From positions 736,001 through 800,000 of the forward strand of contig OZ242311.1 of assembly GCA_965207885.1 (NCBI GenBank): a DNA stretch of 64,000 nt, read 5' to 3'. The position numbers and the translations under genes are program-made. The stretch's first letter is position 1; every line of letters starts with the position of its first letter. This DNA is from Candidatus Latescibacterota bacterium. Lineage in GTDB: Bacteria > Latescibacterota > UBA2968. This document shows positions 48,100 through 56,557 of this stretch, piece after piece. The notes beneath the pieces are model-generated. The model ran no database searches and was not told the DNA's origin. It saw nothing but the letters and a program-made list of their open reading frames with translations.

Positions 48100-49338
48100 T
48101 TAGTCCAGTAATTTGCCGCCGCCAAACATGGTGGCGATGTCGCGCTGGATGTCCGCCGGGGTGAGGGGCCAGCCCGCAGCGCGAAGCGATTCGTATTTGT
48201 CGATGAAGACGGGGGCGATGACGCCGATGGAGTGGGTCCATTTGTAGAGGAGTTGGTCCAGGATGCGGGCGTCGGAGTGCTGGGGTACAAAGCTGGTGCC
48301 GAGGAGTTCGAGGCGTTCGGCTGTGATTTCCCGGATGATGCTGGGGTTGTTCAAGAACCACCAGCAGCCAAAGGGGTGTACGTTGGGGAATTTGCGGCCC
48401 GTGACGCAGAGTTCGTGCTGGTTTTCGCGCGAGAGGAGTGTGATGAGGAAGTTGACGTCGGGCCAATCGCGTGCGATGCGTTCGAGGTTGGCGATGTCCC
48501 ATTTGCCCAGGCTGTCGCCGCCGTCTTTGAGGGTTGGGTTGACCTGTCGGGTGACGCCGATCATCATTGCCGAGGGGATTTGCAGTTCCCGGGCTGTGGG
48601 ATATACGACGTTGCCCATCATTTGGGAGATGCTGTCTTCAGAGGGGTAGGCAAAGTCCGGGGGGAGCGATATGGCCATGTATCGGGCGTTCATTTTTTGT
48701 GCCCAGTCGGTGAGGTAGCGACGCAGTTCCGAGAAGGTTTTGTCGGTTAGGTGGTCTTCGACGTCGTATCCCAGGCCGCGGAGTTTGCCGGCGGGGGCGG
48801 GCCAGTTCATGAGCGCGCTGTCCAGGCGCAGGACAGCCCTGAAGCGCGAGTCGATGTCTATGCCCTGTTGCCACATGGGTCCTTCGGTGTCGTCGAGGGG
48901 GTCGTTGGTCATATAGACGCAGGCGACGCCGGCGCTTTCAAAGACCATGTCGGTGTATTCTTCAGGTGTTTTTGAGTTGTGGAATGCGCGAAATTCGGAC
49001 AGGTCTTTTGCGCGGGGGTTCAGTCCCAGGCGGTTCATGACGGTGACGATGCCGAGTTGGGCTTCGGATATTGGGGAGCTGTTGCCGACGAAGAGTTGTT
49101 GCCAGATGATGTCGGCCTGTTCTGTGGTGGGCATGTTGTTGAATGTGTCAACTGCGATGCCTTCGGGCAACATGCGCGAGCATTCGGCTTTGAGATAGTG
49201 ATAGGTCAATAGTTCGTCGGGTCCCGCCAGGTAGAGTTCGCCCATGGAGGCGGGGTAGAGGTGGGTGTGTATATCGACGATGGCGTGGTTTTGAAATGCG
49301 TTGTGTACGGCTTCTGCGATTGAAAAATCGGACATCAT
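48100..49338 (-). CDS. Uronate (glucuronate) isomerase, Bh0493-type
   Basis: DIHTHL, LLTYHYL, MTNDP, FGCWWF, PQHSDAR. Confidence 0.85.
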   Translation of the reverse strand: MMSDFSIAEAVHNAFQNHAIVDIHTHLYPASMGELYLAGPDELLTYHYLKAECSRMLPEGIAVDTFNNMPTTEQADIIWQQLFVGNSSPISEAQLGIVTVMNRLGLNPRAKDLSEFRAFHNSKTPEEYTDMVFESAGVACVYMTNDPLDDTEGPMWQQGIDIDSRFRAVLRLDSALMNWPAPAGKLRGLGYDVEDHLTDKTFSELRRYLTDWAQKMNARYMAISLPPDFAYPSEDSISQMMGNVVYPTARELQIPSAMMIGVTRQVNPTLKDGGDSLGKWDIANLERIARDWPDVNFLITLLSRENQHELCVTGRKFPNVHPFGCWWFLNNPSIIREITAERLELLGTSFVPQHSDARILDQLLYKWTHSIGVIAPVFIDKYESLRAAGWPLTPADIQRDIATMFGGGKLLD

Positions 49339-49581
49339 AGTTCTCCCTTATCTTACAGCCCGTAAGCCCCAACAGCTTTAGCGTTGGGTCGCATGGCGAA
49401 GGGCTTCCGAATCCCTGCTTTCGCAGGGACATGCTTATGGTGCGGTGCTTCCGTGTAAAATCATCACGGAACATGCTTAGCATGGTGGCACATTGCTCAA
49501 GGCAATGTGGGCGGTGGAGCGGTGTACAAGTGCGCCAGCACTTCATCGACCAAAATCATCCGTTCACTGACTACATAAAAC

Positions 49582-49610
49582 TTGCATAAACCACTGTTTT
49601 TGTGTATATT
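49582..49610 (+). promoter_or_regulatory. tnpB promoter (leaderless transcript likely)
   Basis: TTGCAT-N17-TATATT, ATG at 49617. Confidence 0.65.
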
Positions 49611-49616
49611 TACATT

Positions 49617-50723
49617 ATGGAATACTTAACATACAAATACAAAATGTATAGTCTCTGTGATCGCAATATGTATATCCATAGGGATATAGATTCTTTTGCT
49701 GAGGTGTATAATCATTTCATTGCCTTGCACAAGCGATACTATCGGCGTTTTGGCAAATATCCGAGTAAGTTCACAATGATTAACCATTTGGCAAAGCTGA
49801 AAAGAACAACACGCTTTGCACATTGGCGTTTGTTGCCGTCACAGGCATTGCAAAATGTGGTTGAGCGTATAGACTTTGGCTATCAGAAATTCTTTGCCAG
49901 AGATAATAAGCGTCCGCCCACATTCAGGTCTCGCTTTCGGTATCAGTCCTATACGCTGAAGCAAGCAGGATACAAATTCCTCGAGCGTAACAAGGTGCGT
50001 ATTGGCAAGCGTATATTCAGATACCATAAGAGCAGAAAGTTCGATGTAGAGCGTATCAAGACGGTCACAATCAAACGTGACCGCGTAGGCGATTTGTGGC
50101 TATGTGTTGTTGCAAAAGCTGGGGGTATCAAGTCATTCATTATCAAGAACGGTAAAACCGCAGGTTTTGATTTTGGCTTGCAAATATATCTAACAGCCTC
50201 AGACAGCACAAGGACACAATCGCCATTGTTCTTCAATCGTAATTCGAGGAAAGTCAAAAAGGCTCATCGCAATCTTTCTCGTAAGAAGAAAGGTAGCAAC
50301 AATCGTCACAGGGCAAGAGTAAATCATGCCAGAGTGCATAGGCGCGTTGCTAATCAGCGCAGAGACTATCACTGGCAACTTGCCTATCAACTGTGTAAAG
50401 ACTATGACGTAATGTATTTTGAAACGCTGAATATCGACGCCATGAAAGCGTTGTGGGGCAGAAAGATTAGCGATTTGGGCTTCTCAGACTTTTTGAACAT
50501 TCTCAAGTATGTTGCCAAAAAGACGGGCAAGGTTGTCAAACAAATCGACAAATGGCTACCCACGTCAAAGACATGCTCTGCTTGTGATACAGTGAAAGAG
50601 AATCTTGAATTGCGAGAGAGAACATTCCATTGTTGCGCATGTGGCCTTGAGATGGATAGAGACCTCAACGCGGCGATAAACATTCACAGGTGGGGGCGTC
50701 CACCTATGGCGGAGGTAGCGTAA
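49617..50723 (+). CDS. tnpB: RNA-guided endonuclease TnpB
   Basis: RuvC I GFDFGL, RuvC II YFETLN, Zn finger CSAC..CCACG, RuvC III DRDLNAAINI all intact. Confidence 0.92.
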   Translation: MEYLTYKYKMYSLCDRNMYIHRDIDSFAEVYNHFIALHKRYYRRFGKYPSKFTMINHLAKLKRTTRFAHWRLLPSQALQNVVERIDFGYQKFFARDNKRPPTFRSRFRYQSYTLKQAGYKFLERNKVRIGKRIFRYHKSRKFDVERIKTVTIKRDRVGDLWLCVVAKAGGIKSFIIKNGKTAGFDFGLQIYLTASDSTRTQSPLFFNRNSRKVKKAHRNLSRKKKGSNNRHRARVNHARVHRRVANQRRDYHWQLAYQLCKDYDVMYFETLNIDAMKALWGRKISDLGFSDFLNILKYVAKKTGKVVKQIDKWLPTSKTCSACDTVKENLELRERTFHCCACGLEMDRDLNAAINIHRWGRPPMAEVA

Positions 50724-50846
50724 GACTTGCCGAACTTCGGGGAAGCAAGCAACTACTGTTGATCCCACAATCCCTGCTGAAGCAACAAGATTCTATAATC
50801 CCAATGCTTTAGATTTGGGAGTACGTCAAATTTTTAAATAAAAGCC
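50690..50846 (+). ncRNA. Predicted TnpB omega/reRNA: scaffold to 50829 plus flank-derived guide
   Basis: Established TnpB biology; GGCGGAGG..GTAAGAC and right-end hairpin; 5' boundary approximate. Confidence 0.6.
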
Positions 50847-52044
50847 CATAGTACACGACAAAAAATAAAAGACCTGTGAAAAAAGCTAAAAAGAGTTAGG
50901 TTTGAATGTCCCAAGACAAACCTTTCTCATCTTAACAAGGCACAGGTCTATGTCTCCTGAAACTATTGAACTTCAAACGATTATGCAAGGATATTTTCAC
51001 TGGCATAAAGCCCGAATAACGTTTACCGCTGCGTTCATATTGTCGCTGATAAAATTGCGTAGCGTCAATTTTATGAAACTGGCAAACGCACTCAATGGAA
51101 CCGTCAAGCAGAAATCTAATTATCGTCGTATCCAACGCTTCTTTGCCCACTTTGCCTTACCCTATGCGTGTGTGAGACAATTGATCTTGCACTTATTACC
51201 TATAAAGTCGGATTTTATAGTCTCAATAGATCGCACCAATTGGAAGTTGGGAAAATTCAATATCAACATCCTAACCGCAGGCATTATCTATGAAGGGGTC
51301 GCCTTTCCTATCTGTTGGCACTTGTTAAAAAAACGGGGCAATTCCAATAGTGATGAGCGTATCCATTTGATGCAAGAAATGCTCAACTGCATCTGCAAAT
51401 CGCATATCCGCGTTGTCGTCGCAGACAGAGAATTTATTGGAAGAGAATGGTTTAGGTGGTTAGACACACAAAATATACCCTTTGTTATTCGCATCAAGGA
51501 AAACGCTCTTGTCTCATCAGGCGGTAGAGAGATCCCCATAAGAAAACGGTTTGAAAATCTTAATATCCATCAGCAGGTCAACTTGTGCAAACGCCACCGC
51601 GTTTATGACCTGCCTGTATATCTGTCTGCACTAAGATTGAAGGACCAATACCTCATTCTTGCCAGCAACCAAAAAGGTCAAGCCGCATTGGATACCTATA
51701 AAAAACGATGGGGCATTGAAGTCCTTTTTGCCAATCTTAAAAGTCGAGGATTTAATCTGGAAGAGACCCATCTTATACATCAAGACCGCATTGAGAAACT
51801 CATCGCGCTTTTGGCCATTGCCTGCATCTGGGCGCATATCATCGGCGAATGGATAGCAAAAACAAATCCTTTGACGATCAAAAATCACGGGCGGATGGAG
51901 AAAAGTCTCTTCCGATATGGGTTGGACTATTTGCAGTATGTCCTGCTCAATATAAACCAACAAACCCAACAGTTCCTCATATGCATTCGTTTACTGAGTA
52001 ATCCGCCACTGTTTAAAACAATTTAAGTTTTGTCGTGTACCATG
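50847..52044 (+). mobile_element. IS4-family insertion sequence, copy 2
   Basis: TIRs CATAGTACACGACAAAA / TTTTGTCGTGTACCATG; perfect 9-bp TSD ATAAAAGCC (50838-50846, 52045-52053). Confidence 0.92.
50902..52026 (+). CDS. IS4-family DDE transposase
   Basis: Homologous to 14858-15973; IDRTNW, ADREF, YKKRWGIEVLF. Confidence 0.92.
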   Translation: MNVPRQTFLILTRHRSMSPETIELQTIMQGYFHWHKARITFTAAFILSLIKLRSVNFMKLANALNGTVKQKSNYRRIQRFFAHFALPYACVRQLILHLLPIKSDFIVSIDRTNWKLGKFNINILTAGIIYEGVAFPICWHLLKKRGNSNSDERIHLMQEMLNCICKSHIRVVVADREFIGREWFRWLDTQNIPFVIRIKENALVSSGGREIPIRKRFENLNIHQQVNLCKRHRVYDLPVYLSALRLKDQYLILASNQKGQAALDTYKKRWGIEVLFANLKSRGFNLEETHLIHQDRIEKLIALLAIACIWAHIIGEWIAKTNPLTIKNHGRMEKSLFRYGLDYLQYVLLNINQQTQQFLICIRLLSNPPLFKTI

Positions 52045-52884
52045 ATAAAAGCCTTCAACTAATTCTAAAAATTCGCGCCAGCTTTTGATTTCGACATGGG
52101 GGTCGGGTCCATCGAGTGGGGCGTCCAAACGGTTGTACCATACGGCGCCCATGCCGGCGTTGTGCGCGGCTGCGATATCGTATTGTGGTGAGTTGCCCAC
52201 ATACCATACGTCTGCGGGTTTGAATCCGAGTTTGGCGGCGGCGGTTTCCAACAAGAGGGGATGGGGTTTGCGTACCCAGTAGTCGGCGCTGGACATGAGA
52301 AAGCGGAAGTAGTCCGCGATTCCCTGTTGTTCGATTTCCCATATCAATGTGTTGCCGCAAAATGCGGCGTTGCTGACGATGCCCATTGGTATGTTTTTGT
52401 TTCGCAATATTTCGAGGACGTATTCTACGCCCGGTTCGGGTTGCCACGATGTTGCCGCACGCCAGAATACGCGTTCGACTTCTTCAGGTGTGCGGTCAAA
52501 GGTGATGTGCAGGGCTTCATAGACGTGGCGCTGGATGATGTGGGGATGAAATTCTACTTGTGCTTTTTCCCTGCGGGGTATGAGGTCGCGGTTGAGTCTT
52601 TTTATTTGGTTGTCAATGTCTGCGACTGTGTAACCCAATGGGTTGTTGGCGATGTTAAGTGTGGCCGCATGCCCGGCTTCTGGGTCGAATTTGAGGTATG
52701 TCAAGAGGGTGTCGCCCAGGTCAAATAAGATGCCGAGCGGTTTTCGCAAGGTGAGCCGTTCTTCGAGCAGGGGGTGTGGTTCTTCAAGGGTTTCTTCCTC
52801 GATGATCTGCTCTTCTTCGGTTTCTTCACCGCGTGTGGTCTCAGGTGTGCGTTCACGCATGTTTTTTGGGTTTTGTCGTTCCAT
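51991..52884 (-). CDS. HAD-superfamily hydrolase; C-terminus altered by IS4 insertion
   Basis: LFDLGDTL, IVSN, KPHP, YVGNSPQYDI. Confidence 0.88.
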   Translation of the reverse strand: MERQNPKNMRERTPETTRGEETEEEQIIEEETLEEPHPLLEERLTLRKPLGILFDLGDTLLTYLKFDPEAGHAATLNIANNPLGYTVADIDNQIKRLNRDLIPRREKAQVEFHPHIIQRHVYEALHITFDRTPEEVERVFWRAATSWQPEPGVEYVLEILRNKNIPMGIVSNAAFCGNTLIWEIEQQGIADYFRFLMSSADYWVRKPHPLLLETAAAKLGFKPADVWYVGNSPQYDIAAAHNAGMGAVWYNRLDAPLDGPDPHVEIKSWREFLELVEGFYHGTRQNLNCFKQWRITQ

Positions 52885-53073
52885 GTTTGTATGTCCATTT
52901 CACTGTGTTTCCAAATTATATAATGAGAAGGGGAATGAGGCAAGAAAGAATGTTGCGTTGTTGTAGGGGCGACCCCCTGTGGTCGCCCGCCAAAAATGAT
53001 ATGGCTTTTCAGGGTGTAAGGAATTATCATAACTTGCGATGTGACATAGCTACTATTGACAAGGAGTACGACA

Positions 53074-53913
53074 ATGGTTCCAGATCTCGATGTTTATTTG
53101 TTTGATTTGCGCGGGTACTTGCATTTGGAGGGGGCGCTGACGGATGATGAGGTTCAGGTGTTGAACGATTGTTTGGATGAGATTCCCGCGCTGAAGCCGG
53201 GGGAGTGGTACGGGTATGTTCAAGGCCATTCGTATGGCGATGTGACGTCGGGGATCAATTATCAGCAGATTTACGAGGCGGGCGAGCCGTTTGAAGATCT
53301 GATTGATCATCCGTCGTGGTTCGAGCATGTGAAGCTTTTTATCGGTGCGGAGGGGACGTTTGATCACCATCACGGTCCGATGTTTATCGATGAGTGTTTG
53401 GCAAATTTTCGCGAGCCGGGCGAGGCGATTGGCTTGCATTCGGGTGGGTTTCCGCCGATTGCGAGGAATCAGTTCCGGTATCACGGGGGGCGGTTTATGT
53501 GCGGGCAGGTCAATGTGCTGATGGCGCTGACGGATATCGGTCCGGGCGATGGGGGGACGATGTTGATTCCGGGGAGTCACAAGTCGAATTTCAGGCATCC
53601 GTATTACGATAAGCAGAGGATGGGAGAGGACAGGTCTGTGGATGGGACGGTGGGCGCGATTGAGGTGTTTATGAAGGCGGGCGATGCGCTCGTTTTTGTG
53701 GATGGAATTTCACACGGGTCGGCGAAGCGGGTGAATGCGGGGACGCGGCGCATTGTGGTGTATCGATACGGGCCTTCGTGGGGGAATTTCCGGCACGGGT
53801 ACCAGCCTTCGCCAGAGTTGCTGGAACGCCTCACGCCTCAACGCCGCCGTATTGTGCAACCGCAAGTGCTGCTCCCAAGGGAACCGCAGGTGAAAGATAA
53901 GAGTGAGCTGTAA
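53074..53913 (+). CDS. PhyH-fold Fe/2OG enzyme, HxG variant
   Basis: YLFDLRGYL, LHSGG, IPGSHK, SHGS, RRIVVYRY; RBS AAGGAG. Confidence 0.85.
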   Translation: MVPDLDVYLFDLRGYLHLEGALTDDEVQVLNDCLDEIPALKPGEWYGYVQGHSYGDVTSGINYQQIYEAGEPFEDLIDHPSWFEHVKLFIGAEGTFDHHHGPMFIDECLANFREPGEAIGLHSGGFPPIARNQFRYHGGRFMCGQVNVLMALTDIGPGDGGTMLIPGSHKSNFRHPYYDKQRMGEDRSVDGTVGAIEVFMKAGDALVFVDGISHGSAKRVNAGTRRIVVYRYGPSWGNFRHGYQPSPELLERLTPQRRRIVQPQVLLPREPQVKDKSEL

Positions 53914-53922
53914 ATAAGTGGT

Positions 53923-54765
53923 TCAGCACGTCACCCCGAGTTCGTCGCCGCCGAAGATGGCGAGGCGTTCTTTTGCGGTCATTTCCTCGGTGCTTTCGGG
54001 GCGGTAGTGGTATTGCAGTGCCCTGCGCCGGTGAGAGGATCGGTTGGTTGGGCTGCCGTGATGGGTCATGCCGTGCCAGAAGAGGCATCCGCCGGGGTCG
54101 AGGGGGACGGTGATGTTTCTGGGGACGGCGACGTCTGTGTCGCATATTTGCCAGTCGCGTCGCCTGAAATGCGGGATGGGTCCTTCGCGATGGGAGCCGG
54201 GGATGATGTGCAAGCACCCGTTTGCTTCTGTGGCGGCGTCGATGGCGATCCATACGCCGACGACGGTGGTGCCAACGGGATAGTTGAAATAGGCGCAGTC
54301 CTGATGCCAGGGTTTTTCGCGGCCGATGTGCGGGGGTTTGATCAGTCCCATGTCCTGAAAGAGTACGGGTGTGTCGTCCATCATGCGGGAGAGGACGGAG
54401 AGGATGTTGGGGGCGTGGGCGAGGTCGTTGAGCCGCGTGTCATGATCGACGAATTTCCAGATTTTACGCACGCTGTCGCGGCGCGCTTTGCCTGTGAGTT
54501 CGGAAAATTGTCCGCGTTTGGCGGCTTCGGCCATTATGCCTTTGAAGTCCTGGCTCTTGCCGTCGATGAGGTCCCACATGGCCTGGCCCGCGGATTTGGT
54601 TTGTTGTGGCGTGAATGCCCGTTGAATGGCGAGGTATCCCTGTTCGTGGAATCGGGCGATTTGACGGTCGTCGATGTCGGCGAGGGTGTCGAGGTAGTCT
54701 GCCCGTCTGGTCGTTTCATAGAGGGATGGGTCGTGCATCGCGATGGGTGTTTCGGCGGTTGCCAT
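53923..54765 (-). CDS. Phytanoyl-CoA dioxygenase family, canonical HxD
   Basis: KPWHQD, WIAID..TEANGCL..IPGSH, HHGS..N.S...RR. Confidence 0.9.
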   Translation of the reverse strand: MATAETPIAMHDPSLYETTRRADYLDTLADIDDRQIARFHEQGYLAIQRAFTPQQTKSAGQAMWDLIDGKSQDFKGIMAEAAKRGQFSELTGKARRDSVRKIWKFVDHDTRLNDLAHAPNILSVLSRMMDDTPVLFQDMGLIKPPHIGREKPWHQDCAYFNYPVGTTVVGVWIAIDAATEANGCLHIIPGSHREGPIPHFRRRDWQICDTDVAVPRNITVPLDPGGCLFWHGMTHHGSPTNRSSHRRRALQYHYRPESTEEMTAKERLAIFGGDELGVTC

Positions 54766-54842
54766 GGGAGGCTCCTGTGAAGTAGGAAGTGTGAAGTAAG
54801 AAGTGTGAAGTAAGAAGTGTGAAGTGTGAATTTCAGGGATTG

Positions 54843-56555
54843 TCAATTGCCAAAACTCTGAACAAAAATTAGAAAATCTTCAAGGTCGATGGAACCACTA
54901 CTGTCTAAGTCTGCTGTCGCGTTAAATGCAGGATCGCCAATTTTTTTTCCAAAACTCTGAACAAAAATCAGAAAGTCCGCAAGATCTACCTTGCCGTTGC
55001 CGTCTAAATCTGGATTTGGAATAGTGGTAGATACCCACTCGGGGGCGTCAACCATAACGCTGGCATAGATTTCGTCTATTTGCTTTTTAAGCCGGGCAAC
55101 GATGTCTGGATGTTGGCTTGCGATATTTGTCTGCTGCCCGATATCGACAGATAAATCGTACAGCTCCACCCGACCGATGCCTCCGGCTTTGATTGCAGGG
55201 ATTGAAGCCTCCGGAAATTGGTTCAGTTTTATATATTGCATGCGCAGCTTCTCCGCCTCCGGGTTGTCAAACCTTCTGTTGATCATCTGAGTCCGATCGA
55301 TATTTTCCTCGCCCATTATTTCTCCGATCTGCTCCAGTATGGCATTCATAGCATCCCGATTATTTGGCAAGCTAAAGTTGCGAAATCCAATCAGCGTATA
55401 ATTGCCCTTTCTGAGCGACATAGCGGGCCATCCTTCTGGCCTCAGCCAGAACAGCGGTTTATGGCGTTGGAATTGATTCGCATTTCCAGTTAGCAATGGC
55501 GTAAGGTCAGAACCATCCAGATAAACGCCCTCGGGTTTGTCGATACCGAGCAATCCGCAAATCGTCGGTAGTAGATCGACCATGCCAGCAGGTTCATGCG
55601 CAACGCGTCCTTGCGTAATCCGACCAGGGGCATAGAAAATACCCGGTACGCGGTGGCCGCCTTCAAAGTTAGAGCCTTTCTGGCCGCGCAAATTGCCGAC
55701 GCGGTCTGAGCGATAGCTGCCGTTGTCAGATGAGTAAACAATGATCGTGTTTTCCAGCGAGTTGATCTGCCGCAGTTTGGATAACAAACGGGCAATTGCC
55801 CGGTCGGTATTGTCAACCGTGGCGGTATAAATCGCCGCGGGATCATTCAAGCGGCCGTATTGCGAGACAATTTCGTCTGGCGCGGCAAGCTGAGCATGCG
55901 GTTCGTGAAACCATATATTGAGAAAAAAGGGCGCATTGGAATCGCGCTCATTGTCCAACCACGAGATCGCTTCATCGACGACAATCTGGCAGGCATACCC
56001 TTCAATTTTTCCGACCCGCTCGCCGTTGCGAATAAAGTTCACGGGATTTCTGTGGCTTGGGTTGGCATTGTTTTCTGTGGCAAACCAGTAGTCAAAGCCG
56101 TGCATGTCCGGCGTGGGTTTGTTCTTGCCCCTATACGGCAGACCCAGATGCCATTTGCCAAAGTGCGCTGTGGCATAGTTGTGTTCCTTCAGAACCTCGG
56201 CCAACGTTGTCTCGCGCTCCAGCAAATGCATGTTGTGATGAATGTCGCTAATTGCATTGTAAACACCTGCGCGTATGTGATGCCGCCCGGTCAGTGCCAC
56301 GGCACGCGAGGGTGAGCAGATCGCACACCCGGCATGAAAGTCCGTGAAGCGCACACCTTTTGCCGCCATCTCATCCAGCGTTGGCGTCATGGCGGGTCCG
56401 CCGTAACAGCCAATATCCTTCCACCCCAGATCATCGACAAATAGAACCACCACATTGGGCGACATACCCGCGGCACACGCGCGCGAGTTCATTGATGCCA
56501 ATAGAAACCACAGGACAAATGATAAAATAGAGAGAGCAAGTGATCTGATATTTAT
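54843..56555 (-). CDS. Secreted arylsulfatase with C-terminal EF-hand/dockerin-like tag
   Basis: CSPSR, GKWHLG, SSDNG; tag DLDGNGKVDLADF/DLDSSGSIDLEDF; signal peptide begins at ATA 56555. Confidence 0.88.
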   Translation of the reverse strand: MNIRSLALSILSFVLWFLLASMNSRACAAGMSPNVVVLFVDDLGWKDIGCYGGPAMTPTLDEMAAKGVRFTDFHAGCAICSPSRAVALTGRHHIRAGVYNAISDIHHNMHLLERETTLAEVLKEHNYATAHFGKWHLGLPYRGKNKPTPDMHGFDYWFATENNANPSHRNPVNFIRNGERVGKIEGYACQIVVDEAISWLDNERDSNAPFFLNIWFHEPHAQLAAPDEIVSQYGRLNDPAAIYTATVDNTDRAIARLLSKLRQINSLENTIIVYSSDNGSYRSDRVGNLRGQKGSNFEGGHRVPGIFYAPGRITQGRVAHEPAGMVDLLPTICGLLGIDKPEGVYLDGSDLTPLLTGNANQFQRHKPLFWLRPEGWPAMSLRKGNYTLIGFRNFSLPNNRDAMNAILEQIGEIMGEENIDRTQMINRRFDNPEAEKLRMQYIKLNQFPEASIPAIKAGGIGRVELYDLSVDIGQQTNIASQHPDIVARLKKQIDEIYASVMVDAPEWVSTTIPNPDLDGNGKVDLADFLIFVQSFGKKIGDPAFNATADLDSSGSIDLEDFLIFVQSFGN

Positions 56556-56557
56556 GG

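Larger units (their letters stand above)
49357..50829 (+). mobile_element. IS200/IS605-family element carrying only tnpB (IS1341-like)
   Basis: Follows TTAC; left hairpin CCCAAC-agc-TTTA-gc-GTTGGG; right hairpin ATCCCAAtgcTTTAgaTTTGGGA ending TCAA; removal restores the host stop codon. Confidence 0.82.
4387..52988 (+). repeat. Dispersed GTAG-type REP palindromes (GTAGGGGCG...CGCCC)
   Basis: Copies at 4387, 5451, 7475 (truncated), 8193, 22669, 25820 (truncated), 32074 (GTGG variant), 45846, 52963. Confidence 0.85.

Noticed and set aside
49357-49600. Group I intron (IStron) or IscB omegaRNA at the TnpB left end
   Set aside because: Too short, with no recognisable P7/core or HEARO-like features; kept only as an unexplained segment
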